The position numbers and the translations under genes are program-made. Below, in pieces: positions 44,709-53,402 of a DNA stretch of 64,000 bases. Positions within the stretch are counted from its first letter, which is position 1; every line of letters starts with the position of its first letter. This DNA comes from a virus. The notes beneath the pieces were generated by a model. It ran no database searches. It was not told where the DNA came from and saw only the letters and a program-made list of their open reading frames with translations. Where the stretch lies: the IMG/VR virus record IMGVR_UViG_3300025425_000009, positions 11,658-75,657 of that record. One strand, written 5' to 3'.

Positions 44709-45167
44709 CTATAATTTATCAATAATGTTGTCCATTGCCTTTTTTAACTGGGTGTTAGCGTAGCTTTCACTACCTTCAACTGCATTAGTGAAGAACGGCT
44801 GTGCTTTGGTACCAGGGTGGTTGACCCGCTTAGCAAAGATCCAACGCCCGTCTTTTTGGAATGCGAGCATCTTCTTTCTACGAGGTACAATCACGTGAGG
44901 TCTCGTGCCTTGGTCCACAAACACACCGTAGGAGGAGTTTACCATAACCTTAAAACCGTTCCCACCGTGCGGCCTGTATTGAATGCTCTGTCTTAGACTT
45001 CCACCTCCTGCATATTTTCCTACCGGTGCAGCCTTGATGGCATCTGAAGTTACTTTAATTGCAACCTTCTCTAGTGCGTGCCCATACTCCTTTGCAGCAA
45101 TCGTAGGAGCCTTACGAAAGATCTTTTCGAGTAGGTCACCGTTCTCTATATGCAGGCTTACTTCCAT
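44709..45167 (-). CDS. HK97 gp10-like tail completion protein
   Basis: APV..G.LRQSI, YGVFVDQGT, HPGTKAQPF. Confidence 0.82.
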   Translation of the reverse strand: MEVSLHIENGDLLEKIFRKAPTIAAKEYGHALEKVAIKVTSDAIKAAPVGKYAGGGSLRQSIQYRPHGGNGFKVMVNSSYGVFVDQGTRPHVIVPRRKKMLAFQKDGRWIFAKRVNHPGTKAQPFFTNAVEGSESYANTQLKKAMDNIIDKL

Positions 45168-45478
45168 GCCCGTATACTTAGTTCCATGTGTGGGTTGCGG
45201 CTAAACGTGTATGACTCCACTCCACCGACTCTGTATTCGTCTGTGCCATCTACTGTGACTCTATCACCTTCCTTAATGTCTGCAACTGGGCAAACCATTA
45301 GCCAGCTTTTACCGAATCCGTCTTGTATGTCTTGAATAACTGATGCATCAACAGGCTGGACATGACAAGGAAACGATTCAAGTAATGCACCGAACGTTTT
45401 CTTGATAGTTGACCCTTCCACAAACCCTTCTCGGGCAGTAGTGGCTGTCTGGTTGTACATCTTGTTGATTCCACCCAT
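45158..45478 (-). CDS. head closure protein
   Basis: synteny; DIKEGDRV. Confidence 0.68.
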   Translation of the reverse strand: MGGINKMYNQTATTAREGFVEGSTIKKTFGALLESFPCHVQPVDASVIQDIQDGFGKSWLMVCPVADIKEGDRVTVDGTDEYRVGGVESYTFSRNPHMELSIRAWK

Positions 45479-45479
45479 G

Positions 45480-46043
45480 TTAACGTAGTCTTCGATAGCT
45501 TTTAATAGTTGCCATTGCTCCTACAAAGTCCCTTCGCTTGTCTTCCGATATAAATGTTACACTGTAACGACCTATGCTTTCACTCCTAACCTCACCGTCT
45601 GTAAAGTTAGTTGACGAGTTAACCACTCCAGCTACCAGTATGGATACAGCAACCGTTATGTTCGTAGGTAGTGTAACATAGGCCCCTTTGAGGCCGGTGA
45701 CTGAAATGTTTTGCATGTCCTTTGGAAATGGTACTACTCTTGTAAGTTTCCAGGTGTATGGCTTGTTAGTTGGGTAGAAAAAGATGTCAGTTAGATATGA
45801 CGTCTCACCTATCAGCACCTCAGTGATGGTGGCAAAATCATCAATCATTAGCGAATCCTGTCCTGACCCATCGTACTTAAGTGTGGTCTCAGCGTCATCT
45901 GCAAGTAGCTGACGGTCGGCTAGTCGGTCTACCTCATCTTCTACTGATGCAATCCAGATATCAAGCTGGTCATTGAAAGATGCATCGATATCTGTCTGCA
46001 TGTATGCTTCGACATCTGCTTTTGTTGTGTATCCTCGTGCCAT
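45480..46043 (-). CDS. head-tail adaptor
   Basis: YTTKADVEAY, SESIGRYSVTF. Confidence 0.78.
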   Translation of the reverse strand: MARGYTTKADVEAYMQTDIDASFNDQLDIWIASVEDEVDRLADRQLLADDAETTLKYDGSGQDSLMIDDFATITEVLIGETSYLTDIFFYPTNKPYTWKLTRVVPFPKDMQNISVTGLKGAYVTLPTNITVAVSILVAGVVNSSTNFTDGEVRSESIGRYSVTFISEDKRRDFVGAMATIKSYRRLR

Positions 46044-46055
46044 AGTAAGTTATTG

Positions 46056-46343
46056 TTATTTTACCTTTGCAAGTGCAACTAGGATCTGCCCAGTTACTAG
46101 GTTGCTCGCGTCAGGTGCTGCTTCACATGCTTCTTTAGCTAGTGCTAGGTCAGCCTCGTCAATGTCAACTTCATCCTGTGTAGCAAACTTCTGCCCAAGT
46201 GTAAAGCACTTGACTTTGTCATCGTGCCTGAAGTTAGATAGGAACGCTGCTACTAGTGAACCCAGTGTGATTACTGTTCCATCTTCTGAACGAACAGGTT
46301 GTCCTGAGTAAGTAAGGATTGGTGATGCTGTATTGATTTTCAT
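46056..46343 (-). CDS. hypothetical protein
   Basis: own TGTTATAAT upstream. Confidence 0.6.
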   Translation of the reverse strand: MKINTASPILTYSGQPVRSEDGTVITLGSLVAAFLSNFRHDDKVKCFTLGQKFATQDEVDIDEADLALAKEACEAAPDASNLVTGQILVALAKVK

Positions 46344-46393
46344 AATAGTGTGTTTGTTATTATTGTCCTTGTTAATGATTCTATTATAACATA

Positions 46394-46720
46394 CTAAGCC
46401 CAGACACTTGCCGATGAGAAGTCCACTATGATTTTATACTTCACAGTACCTGCAATGTTTGTTGCAATAAGTAAGTCACCGTCGTTGCCTAGTCCTGACC
46501 CGTCAGACACCCATAGCACAGAAGCACCTACTGCAGGTTTTGCAGGGTCACCACTGGTAGATAGGATAGGCAACACTTCTGCTACCCTAAGTAGATCTTC
46601 TCTTTTTTGTTTCCGCGTTACCAGCGATGAGTTTACACTGACACACACAAACTCGTCTTGACTAGACACGTCTGCGTCAGCGATGTACCCCAACTCTGAT
46701 ATTTTCTTTGATTCCGCCAT
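46394..46720 (-). CDS. putative virion accessory protein
   Basis: KKISEL N-terminal motif. Confidence 0.55.
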   Translation of the reverse strand: MAESKKISELGYIADADVSSQDEFVCVSVNSSLVTRKQKREDLLRVAEVLPILSTSGDPAKPAVGASVLWVSDGSGLGNDGDLLIATNIAGTVKYKIIVDFSSASVWA

Positions 46721-46721
46721 A

Positions 46722-47042
46722 TTATAGTGTTATATCACCTCCTGTTTCTAGTAATAGTGTTTCTCCTGTCTCTACAAGCAGTTCTGGACAATATACAGGC
46801 CTCTTAAGCAACGTCACCCTTCTAACAAGTGAAGAAGGTTGTGCTGTCAGAGGTGTGGTCTGTTTTTCAAGAAAGGATGATTGTGCTGTAACTACTGAGT
46901 CTTTTCTGTATAAGTAAGTGTTATCACAGTCAGACGTACCTATGTAGTATGACATACCTAGTATGCTAAAACCACTGTTACTAATACGTCTCAGGTTAGT
47001 TGTTGCGTATGCAGTTGTTCCGAATGATGCTGCTCCGAACAT
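46722..47042 (-). CDS. putative virion accessory protein
   Basis: MFGAASFG start; LLVETG repeats. Confidence 0.5.
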   Translation of the reverse strand: MFGAASFGTTAYATTNLRRISNSGFSILGMSYYIGTSDCDNTYLYRKDSVVTAQSSFLEKQTTPLTAQPSSLVRRVTLLKRPVYCPELLVETGETLLLETGGDITL

Positions 47043-47098
47043 GTGATAGTTGATTAGTTAATAGCCGCCCTCCTTGTTTGCTGCCTCTTAAGACAGAG

Positions 47099-47299
47099 TT
47101 ACTTCTTAAACCTCCAGAAGTGGACCATCAGTGTGGAAAAGAATCCAATCATGATGGTAAACCCTACAACAGGATCGTCAGTTAGGAACGTGTGGAACCA
47201 CTCTGATATTGTTGCGCCTTCCCCTAGCGACAGCACAGTGTCCACTCCAAAGATCAATGCAATTACACCAAGTATTGTTGTGCCTGTGTATTTTTTCAT
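47099..47299 (-). CDS. small two-TM protein
   Basis: two hydrophobic segments. Confidence 0.55.
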   Translation of the reverse strand: MKKYTGTTILGVIALIFGVDTVLSLGEGATISEWFHTFLTDDPVVGFTIMIGFFSTLMVHFWRFKK

Positions 47300-47301
47300 A
47301 C

Positions 47302-47592
47302 CTATTCCATAAGTGCGTCAAACGCTTCAGCCGTCTCCTTCACTGCTGAATTCTTTGCTTGCTTTAGGAAGGCCTCTTTTGCTCGTTGCTTGAACGCTCT
47401 TTTTTCTTCTGTTCGGATATGATCTTCTGGAAGAACTGGGTTGTCAATAAGTTCAATTGTCCCATCTTCTGCACTTACATCTTGCACCTTTGCACTATAC
47501 CCGTAAGCGTGTGTTGCAAGTATTGTCAATCCTCCTGCGTCAATAAATGCCTGCGGTACATCGAAGTCTATGCTCATTTTTACTGTTTCCAT
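47302..47592 (-). CDS. hypothetical protein, possibly a fibre chaperone
   Basis: follows the fibre gene. Confidence 0.5.
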   Translation of the reverse strand: METVKMSIDFDVPQAFIDAGGLTILATHAYGYSAKVQDVSAEDGTIELIDNPVLPEDHIRTEEKRAFKQRAKEAFLKQAKNSAVKETAEAFDALME

Positions 47593-47616
47593 AATTTTAT
47601 TAGTTAGTTAGTAGGA

Positions 47617-49767
47617 TTATACGAAAGCTATTTCGTGTTCTGATCCAGCACCATCTTGAAAGTAGAGTTTATTGTCAGTCTTGGTGTAGATTTTTCCATA
47701 GTTAGTGTCAGCGGTTGGTGTGGCTCTTTCTTTTAGGGTAAGAAGCCCTGATTCAATAGATAGACCATCCATATTCGCTGTGGGAGTAAGTCCGATTCCT
47801 ACATTTCCATCAGCGTTAATTCTCATTCTTTCTAACCTGTCTGTTACAAATCCTAGAGTATTAGAACCAATTCCTCCTGGTACGTATAAACCAACCTCAG
47901 AGCTACTTGTTTTGTCTAAAGTTAGTGAAGGAGAAACAGCCGTTCCTGCATTTGTCGTAATTAACCTATCCATTGATACTCCCGAGTTACTCGCACTTAG
48001 AACTTCGGTATCATTTGGAGATGCTAAGTGGAATCCTCCTGAGTTATCCACATACATCTTGTATGTGGAAGCTTCATTGTATCCATCGAGGAATAAAACT
48101 GGTCCTGCTCCATAAGTAGAATCTACCCCTATAGAGATTTGACCAGTGTAAGAAGCATTAGTTTGTGGATTTGCTGAAAAGGCGTACTTTGGACTGTCCG
48201 TCCCAATCCCTACTTTTCCACTATCCAAAACAGTAACTAAGTCAGAACCTGTAGAGTCGAGAAGAGAGAACACTTCACCAGTGGTTGTTCCATCGCCTTT
48301 GATTTGGAGTTTTGCGGATGGGGTGGTTGTGTTGATTCCGACGTTCCCCGTGTCACCCTCAACAACTAATTTATTTGTATCAATAGTAAAATCATTTCCA
48401 GCAGAGCCTCCTATTGAGATGTCTAATCCTGTGGCACTTGTTATATCGTTACCATTCACATCCAAGTCACCTCCAAGAAGTAACGCTCCTGTCATTGTTC
48501 CTCCTGCTAAATTAAGTTTTGCGTCCAAGAGAGTATCTAACCCAAGGTTTGATATAGCGGTAGTCGCATTAGATATATCAGAAAGATCATTACTTGCCAT
48601 CAACGCTCCTGCTGAGGTAACATTTGCGGTATCTGTTACGTCTGCATTGTCTTCAACTCCAGTGGCCTGTGATGAGCTATCTGCTAGATCCAGAGAAGTG
48701 TTTACACTTGCATCCAGTTTTGTTTCGTCTATTGAACCGGCAAGCATATCGTTAGTAACCTTCCCTGTGCCAATTGTAAGCGCGCCTGACCCTGTAACGT
48801 CCCCTGTGTGAGTTGCGTTTGTTACTTTTGCGGTGTTTGCAGCTACATCACTGTTGTTGCCTACCTCTGTATCAAAGTCTGATACCTGTGAGCTTGCAAT
48901 GGTGATAGCTCCTTCCTGGTTGGTAACATCAGATTCTGTAACAGTGTAGCCTGTGATATATCCAGCACCGTTTGTTATTGCGTTGTTGTTAAGAGATATG
49001 TTTGCTGTACCATCGAATGCTACTCCTGCAATCTCTCTAGGTGTGTTTAGCGCTGTAGCAGTGCCTGCATTTCCTGTAATGTTGGTCTGATCACCTGTGT
49101 TTGTTCCTGATGTGTTGCCTACAACTACCTTTTCAGCGTTAGTTACGTAGTTATCATCTGCACCAAGAGCAGGAGCGTAGTCGCTTGCATCAGTAGTAGC
49201 TGCAGTGCCTAATCCTAGAACAACTCTAGCAGATGATGCATCTGCTGCAGCAGCAAGTGACCTACCAGCAGCTGTGATTGTCCCTTTGACAGTATCATCT
49301 GAGGCGTTGCCATAGTAATACTGATCTTCAGCTAGTACGGACCCTCCTGCGGCATCCGAGATGGCTTGAAGGCCATCGTCATGTGCCTGGACAGTAACAT
49401 TTATGTCATCTGCTACCAAAGCAGTTGTTACAATTGTGTCAATCTCGTCGTACGTCTTCTTAGTGAAGGACAGAACAACCTTATATGCCTTGCCTGCAAC
49501 GTTCTTATCTGACGCAGTGGTGTCTTCTTGGCCACGTGTAACGGTAAGAGTGTCACCTGATATGGCTGTAACCCTGACAATCTCTTTGTTTGGGTCATCT
49601 ACTGCGTTCACGTAGTCAGTTGCGTTCCACCATGTAAGGTTAAACGCACCATCAGTTGATACATCAGGGAATACGGACGCTTCTCCAGTTACAAGTGTTA
49701 TCGATGTTGCACCACTTGTGTACACTGTAGATAGAGTCGCTATAGCAAAGTTTTTGATTGGGTCCAT
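47617..49767 (-). CDS. long virion fibre protein
   Basis: EIVRVT..LTVTRGQE anchor, T/A/G-rich shaft, three G(N/K)VGI repeats. Confidence 0.75.
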   Translation of the reverse strand: MDPIKNFAIATLSTVYTSGATSITLVTGEASVFPDVSTDGAFNLTWWNATDYVNAVDDPNKEIVRVTAISGDTLTVTRGQEDTTASDKNVAGKAYKVVLSFTKKTYDEIDTIVTTALVADDINVTVQAHDDGLQAISDAAGGSVLAEDQYYYGNASDDTVKGTITAAGRSLAAAADASSARVVLGLGTAATTDASDYAPALGADDNYVTNAEKVVVGNTSGTNTGDQTNITGNAGTATALNTPREIAGVAFDGTANISLNNNAITNGAGYITGYTVTESDVTNQEGAITIASSQVSDFDTEVGNNSDVAANTAKVTNATHTGDVTGSGALTIGTGKVTNDMLAGSIDETKLDASVNTSLDLADSSSQATGVEDNADVTDTANVTSAGALMASNDLSDISNATTAISNLGLDTLLDAKLNLAGGTMTGALLLGGDLDVNGNDITSATGLDISIGGSAGNDFTIDTNKLVVEGDTGNVGINTTTPSAKLQIKGDGTTTGEVFSLLDSTGSDLVTVLDSGKVGIGTDSPKYAFSANPQTNASYTGQISIGVDSTYGAGPVLFLDGYNEASTYKMYVDNSGGFHLASPNDTEVLSASNSGVSMDRLITTNAGTAVSPSLTLDKTSSSEVGLYVPGGIGSNTLGFVTDRLERMRINADGNVGIGLTPTANMDGLSIESGLLTLKERATPTADTNYGKIYTKTDNKLYFQDGAGSEHEIAFV

Positions 49768-49772
49768 ATTGA

Positions 49773-50198
49773 TTATGTGTTGATTAGCGGCAAATTACGG
49801 TCCTCTGTGGTTACTAGATTTCCGTCTGGTAGTATGAAGTTGTAGAGTGGTGTTCCATTCACTGTTTTACCAAAACAGTACACATTAAGTTTTTGTTCTG
49901 CAGGTGTACCTACAGACATTGCAATTCTTCGAGTAAAGACAATCGGTAGTGCATCCTCCCCCATGTGCATTACATATTGTCGAGTGGGGTCTGCATTACA
50001 AGACATAACTAATGTCTTAATAGATGCAGCGTCCACTTCCCGTATGCTATGAAACTTAGCCTTGCCTGGCTCATACTCAGTTGGTTCAAACTGATATGTC
50101 ACAGTGCCATCATGTAGCATTGCAGCCCATGACCAGGTTTCCAAGGCAACCTCAACTTCTTTGCCGTCCTTAGTAAATATGTATTTTGTTTCTTGCAT
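49773..50198 (-). CDS. hypothetical protein
   Basis: packed ORF. Confidence 0.6.
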   Translation of the reverse strand: MQETKYIFTKDGKEVEVALETWSWAAMLHDGTVTYQFEPTEYEPGKAKFHSIREVDAASIKTLVMSCNADPTRQYVMHMGEDALPIVFTRRIAMSVGTPAEQKLNVYCFGKTVNGTPLYNFILPDGNLVTTEDRNLPLINT

Positions 50199-50216
50199 AG
50201 TTGGTTAAGTAAACTG

Positions 50217-50720
50217 CTAAGTTAGTTCGTCGTATTGATAGTTCAACACTGAGACCGACCCAGCGGTGTCATCTTTGTTTGTTTGTAGCTGATGCACAAA
50301 ATAATCAGATGACCCTGGGCTCATGAATGCTCCTACTAGTGATCCTCCTATTCCTAGGTTAGGACCAGCAGGTTCTGTTGAAGCCATTGGCTGTGTTGCC
50401 ACGGAAGATTTACGATCAGTAGGTTGTGCATAAGATGCTGACCCTACATAAGATCTTTCACGTGCATTTGACAAATGAACTGCTGACCCTCCTAGTGTTC
50501 CTGTTCTCCACACCTTAAGGTTGTCAATCTTAAATACAGCGTGCATGGATACAACCCTTATCTTTTGCCACTTCTCAAAGGTGTTCGTCCCTGATGTTAC
50601 TGGATAAGCTACTGGGTCTAACCCAGATGCATCAATGCTTCCCATATTTGTGTTAACAATGTTAGTGGTTACCGTTTCACCTGCCCCGTTTGATTCGTCA
50701 ATTTCTATTGTTGCTGCCAT
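50217..50720 (-). CDS. putative virion structural protein
   Basis: follows MCP; beta-rich, ends YQYDE. Confidence 0.6.
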   Translation of the reverse strand: MAATIEIDESNGAGETVTTNIVNTNMGSIDASGLDPVAYPVTSGTNTFEKWQKIRVVSMHAVFKIDNLKVWRTGTLGGSAVHLSNARERSYVGSASYAQPTDRKSSVATQPMASTEPAGPNLGIGGSLVGAFMSPGSSDYFVHQLQTNKDDTAGSVSVLNYQYDELT

Positions 50721-50810
50721 ATTGAAACGATCTGTTACAAATAATCAGAGAGATTGTCTTAATCCTCACTCCAACCCTCCTACTAGAGAAGAGCTAGGTC
50801 AAGCTTAAAA

Positions 50811-52118
50811 TTAAGCTGCTACAGTTGATAGTACACATACTGCAGTTGGTAGTGCAAGTACGAATCCAACTCGTTCAACAATTCGAACTGCGACCATGTC
50901 TTGCTGTGCAAGGTTGATTGATCCACTGTTCGCAACGTTGTTTACAGTTGCCTGGTCAAGTAGTTTCACACGAAGTTGTTGTTTGTCTCCGAAGATAGCT
51001 GCTTTTTTCAGGTTACCGAACATGATGAACGGTTTAGAATTACCTGTTACCGTAACAAGTGGACATGCATCCGATAGGACGATGTCATATCCCCACATTG
51101 TTGGTAGTGTGTTTGGTCCTGTAGGTGGTGCGATGATGAACATTCCAGTTCCGTCTCCTTCTCGAAGAGCTCGAATCTTAGAATATACTCCTCGGTGCAT
51201 GTAGAATTTTGATCCTGCAAGTGCACCTGTTGGTTGTGCGTCTGTAAGTGACAGAAGGTTTTCTGCAGTTACAGCAGCTGGGTCAGTTCCAGCAATTCGA
51301 ACGTCGTTGACGTTACCATTGTTGAAGATACCAGTCCACACTGATCCGTCTCCATTGAAGAATTGTTCATCTTCTTCCTTAGCTACTGCTTCTGCGAATA
51401 GTTCCGCAACAAGTTCAGTAAGGTTAAGATTAGCATCTTCGATGATTTCCTCTGTCATTGGCACGATTGCCGCCAGTTTTTTCAGAGTTTGTGTTACCAC
51501 ACCGAACGTTGGAGCAGTTGATTGTTTCTCACCTGCTTCATCGGTCCATGACACAGCAACTGATGTTGCAAGTGATGGAATTTTTCGTTCGTTCCCTTCT
51601 CCTGAGAAAGGTAGGTATCGCATTTCTTGTCGAGCTAGACCGTATTGGTCTTCAGCAACTCGTAGGATTTCTGATCGAAGTTCCTCTGGAATAAGGTAAC
51701 CTCCAGCAGCATTTGAAAGACCTGATACAGCTTTAAGTGCAACGTGGTCATTTGAAAATAGTGCCTTCATGAATCCACGTGTTGAATCTTCAGCAGTTTT
51801 AGCAACCGGTACGGCTGTATCAATTGCTCGTTGTCGTTGCGCTTCAACTCCGTCAAGGAATTTGTTTGCAATTTGCTCAGATGCCGCATCAATTCGGTCT
51901 TGAATTGCTTTGGTTAGAAGTGCATCCACTCCTTTTTCATCTACAGCGTCTTCAGCAGGTACTTCAGCAGGTGCTTCTTCAGCAGCAACGTCAGCAGCTT
52001 CGACAGCAGTGTTTTGATCTTCAGAAAGGATGTCCTTGTTTGCAACAAGTACACTCTTTTCTGCTGCAGTGATAGTTTCACCAGCAGCAATTTTCTTAAG
52101 AATGTCAGTAATGTTCAT
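50811..52118 (-). CDS. HK97-fold major capsid protein
   Basis: GGYLIPEE, W.DE, F.NGDG, PTMWGY, FGNL. Confidence 0.93.
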   Translation of the reverse strand: MNITDILKKIAAGETITAAEKSVLVANKDILSEDQNTAVEAADVAAEEAPAEVPAEDAVDEKGVDALLTKAIQDRIDAASEQIANKFLDGVEAQRQRAIDTAVPVAKTAEDSTRGFMKALFSNDHVALKAVSGLSNAAGGYLIPEELRSEILRVAEDQYGLARQEMRYLPFSGEGNERKIPSLATSVAVSWTDEAGEKQSTAPTFGVVTQTLKKLAAIVPMTEEIIEDANLNLTELVAELFAEAVAKEEDEQFFNGDGSVWTGIFNNGNVNDVRIAGTDPAAVTAENLLSLTDAQPTGALAGSKFYMHRGVYSKIRALREGDGTGMFIIAPPTGPNTLPTMWGYDIVLSDACPLVTVTGNSKPFIMFGNLKKAAIFGDKQQLRVKLLDQATVNNVANSGSINLAQQDMVAVRIVERVGFVLALPTAVCVLSTVAA

Positions 52119-52140
52119 AGTAATGTTTGATTAGAATAAA

Positions 52141-53100
52141 TTAGTTCCGTTTTTCGGCAAGCAATGCTCTGATTGCTTTGTTGATAGCCTTGGCTTTAGA
52201 AGGTGATTCCGTAGGAATTGACATGGTTATAGCCGGTGTTTTCACCTGAATGAACTTAGCAGCGTCTTCCTTGTAATCCTCGTCCTCCTCTTCCTCGTCC
52301 TTGCCCTCTTCATCAGCTCCTGCCAGGATTCCTTCAAGTGTATTGATTGCTGACCGAATTGCTTCAGAGTCAGATTGACTTACGTCCACCATGCCTTTTA
52401 TTGAATCAAGATGGTCTTCTAATGAAAGGGTTACAACTTCAGGAGTTTCCGGAGTTTCCTCTGGTGTATCTTTGACTTCTTCCTGATCAACATCACCTTC
52501 AATAGGAGTCTCTGCCTTCACCTCTTCAGGTGTAGTGTCAGGTACTTCCTCCGGTGTGTCTGGTTGTACATCTTCAGTCTTAGCTTCCTCTTCTTCTGTA
52601 TTATCCAGTTCAATGTACTTGTCTTCAAGTGATGAAGTGTCAAGTCCTTTTGATTTTGCAAGTGCCATAGCATTTGCTGGAACAGATACAGTAGAGATTT
52701 CAAACAATGTGTTCTCTTTAAGCTTTGCAACTCCTTCTGCATCATATTCAACCTCACCTGGTGAGAATCCTACAGAAAAGGCTTTCATATAACCTTCTCG
52801 ATATAGGTTCCATATTACACTAGCAAATGGGTATTCATCTGCAGCGAACTTAACGGTACCTTCAAGGTTACCATCGTCGTTATAGTCTAGTTCTACGATC
52901 TTCCCTACAGGCGGTTGCCCGTGGTCATGTCCGAATAGGACTACCGGGTTAGTCATAAAGTCTTTTAGAAGCCAGGTGCCCTGGTCAACAACCTCGCCAT
53001 GTCGATCAACATCATCAGTTGAGAACACTGCTCGCAATGTTTTTTCTTCAACATTGATTTCTTTTGGCGTAAAGAGGAATTTTGAGTATTGTAGTTTCAT
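52141..53100 (-). CDS. HK97-family prohead protease with an acidic scaffold-like tail
   Basis: DRHGE, NPVVLFGHDH, FSVGF, EISTVSVPAN; start at MKLQ. Confidence 0.9.
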   Translation of the reverse strand: MKLQYSKFLFTPKEINVEEKTLRAVFSTDDVDRHGEVVDQGTWLLKDFMTNPVVLFGHDHGQPPVGKIVELDYNDDGNLEGTVKFAADEYPFASVIWNLYREGYMKAFSVGFSPGEVEYDAEGVAKLKENTLFEISTVSVPANAMALAKSKGLDTSSLEDKYIELDNTEEEEAKTEDVQPDTPEEVPDTTPEEVKAETPIEGDVDQEEVKDTPEETPETPEVVTLSLEDHLDSIKGMVDVSQSDSEAIRSAINTLEGILAGADEEGKDEEEEDEDYKEDAAKFIQVKTPAITMSIPTESPSKAKAINKAIRALLAEKRN

Positions 53101-53111
53101 ATATTGTCTAT

Positions 53112-53169
53112 TAAGAAAACAAGCGCCCTCAAGTATGTTACTTGAAGACGCCCGCATTTAAGTGGTCAC
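53112..53169 (-). promoter_or_regulatory. conserved 20-nt leader motif with terminator-like hairpin
   Basis: GTGACCACTTAAATGCGGGC followed by a long stem and T-rich tract. Confidence 0.65.
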
Positions 53170-53188
53170 GAATTGATAAGTCTTTCGT

Positions 53189-53344
53189 TTATAGTACTAT
53201 TTTGATTGAGATGTTTTCAGACGATCCAGAAAAGTTAACTTCAATGCTGCCTTTGTCTTGGCTGTTGATTAGAGCTTCATGTTTACTAAGCTTCTCGTGG
53301 ATCCTCTCCAATCGTGTTTTTGGTTTTGGTTGTCGTATATCCAT
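53189..53344 (-). CDS. 51-aa peptide upstream of the leader motif
   Basis: MDIRQ...GSIEVNF...ISIKIVL behind TGTTATAAT; start uncertain. Confidence 0.5.
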   Translation of the reverse strand: MDIRQPKPKTRLERIHEKLSKHEALINSQDKGSIEVNFSGSSENISIKIVL

Positions 53345-53402
53345 AATTATAACATAACTGTGCGATGTGCACCTTCTGTGAACTGGTGTGCAATAACGTG
53401 CC

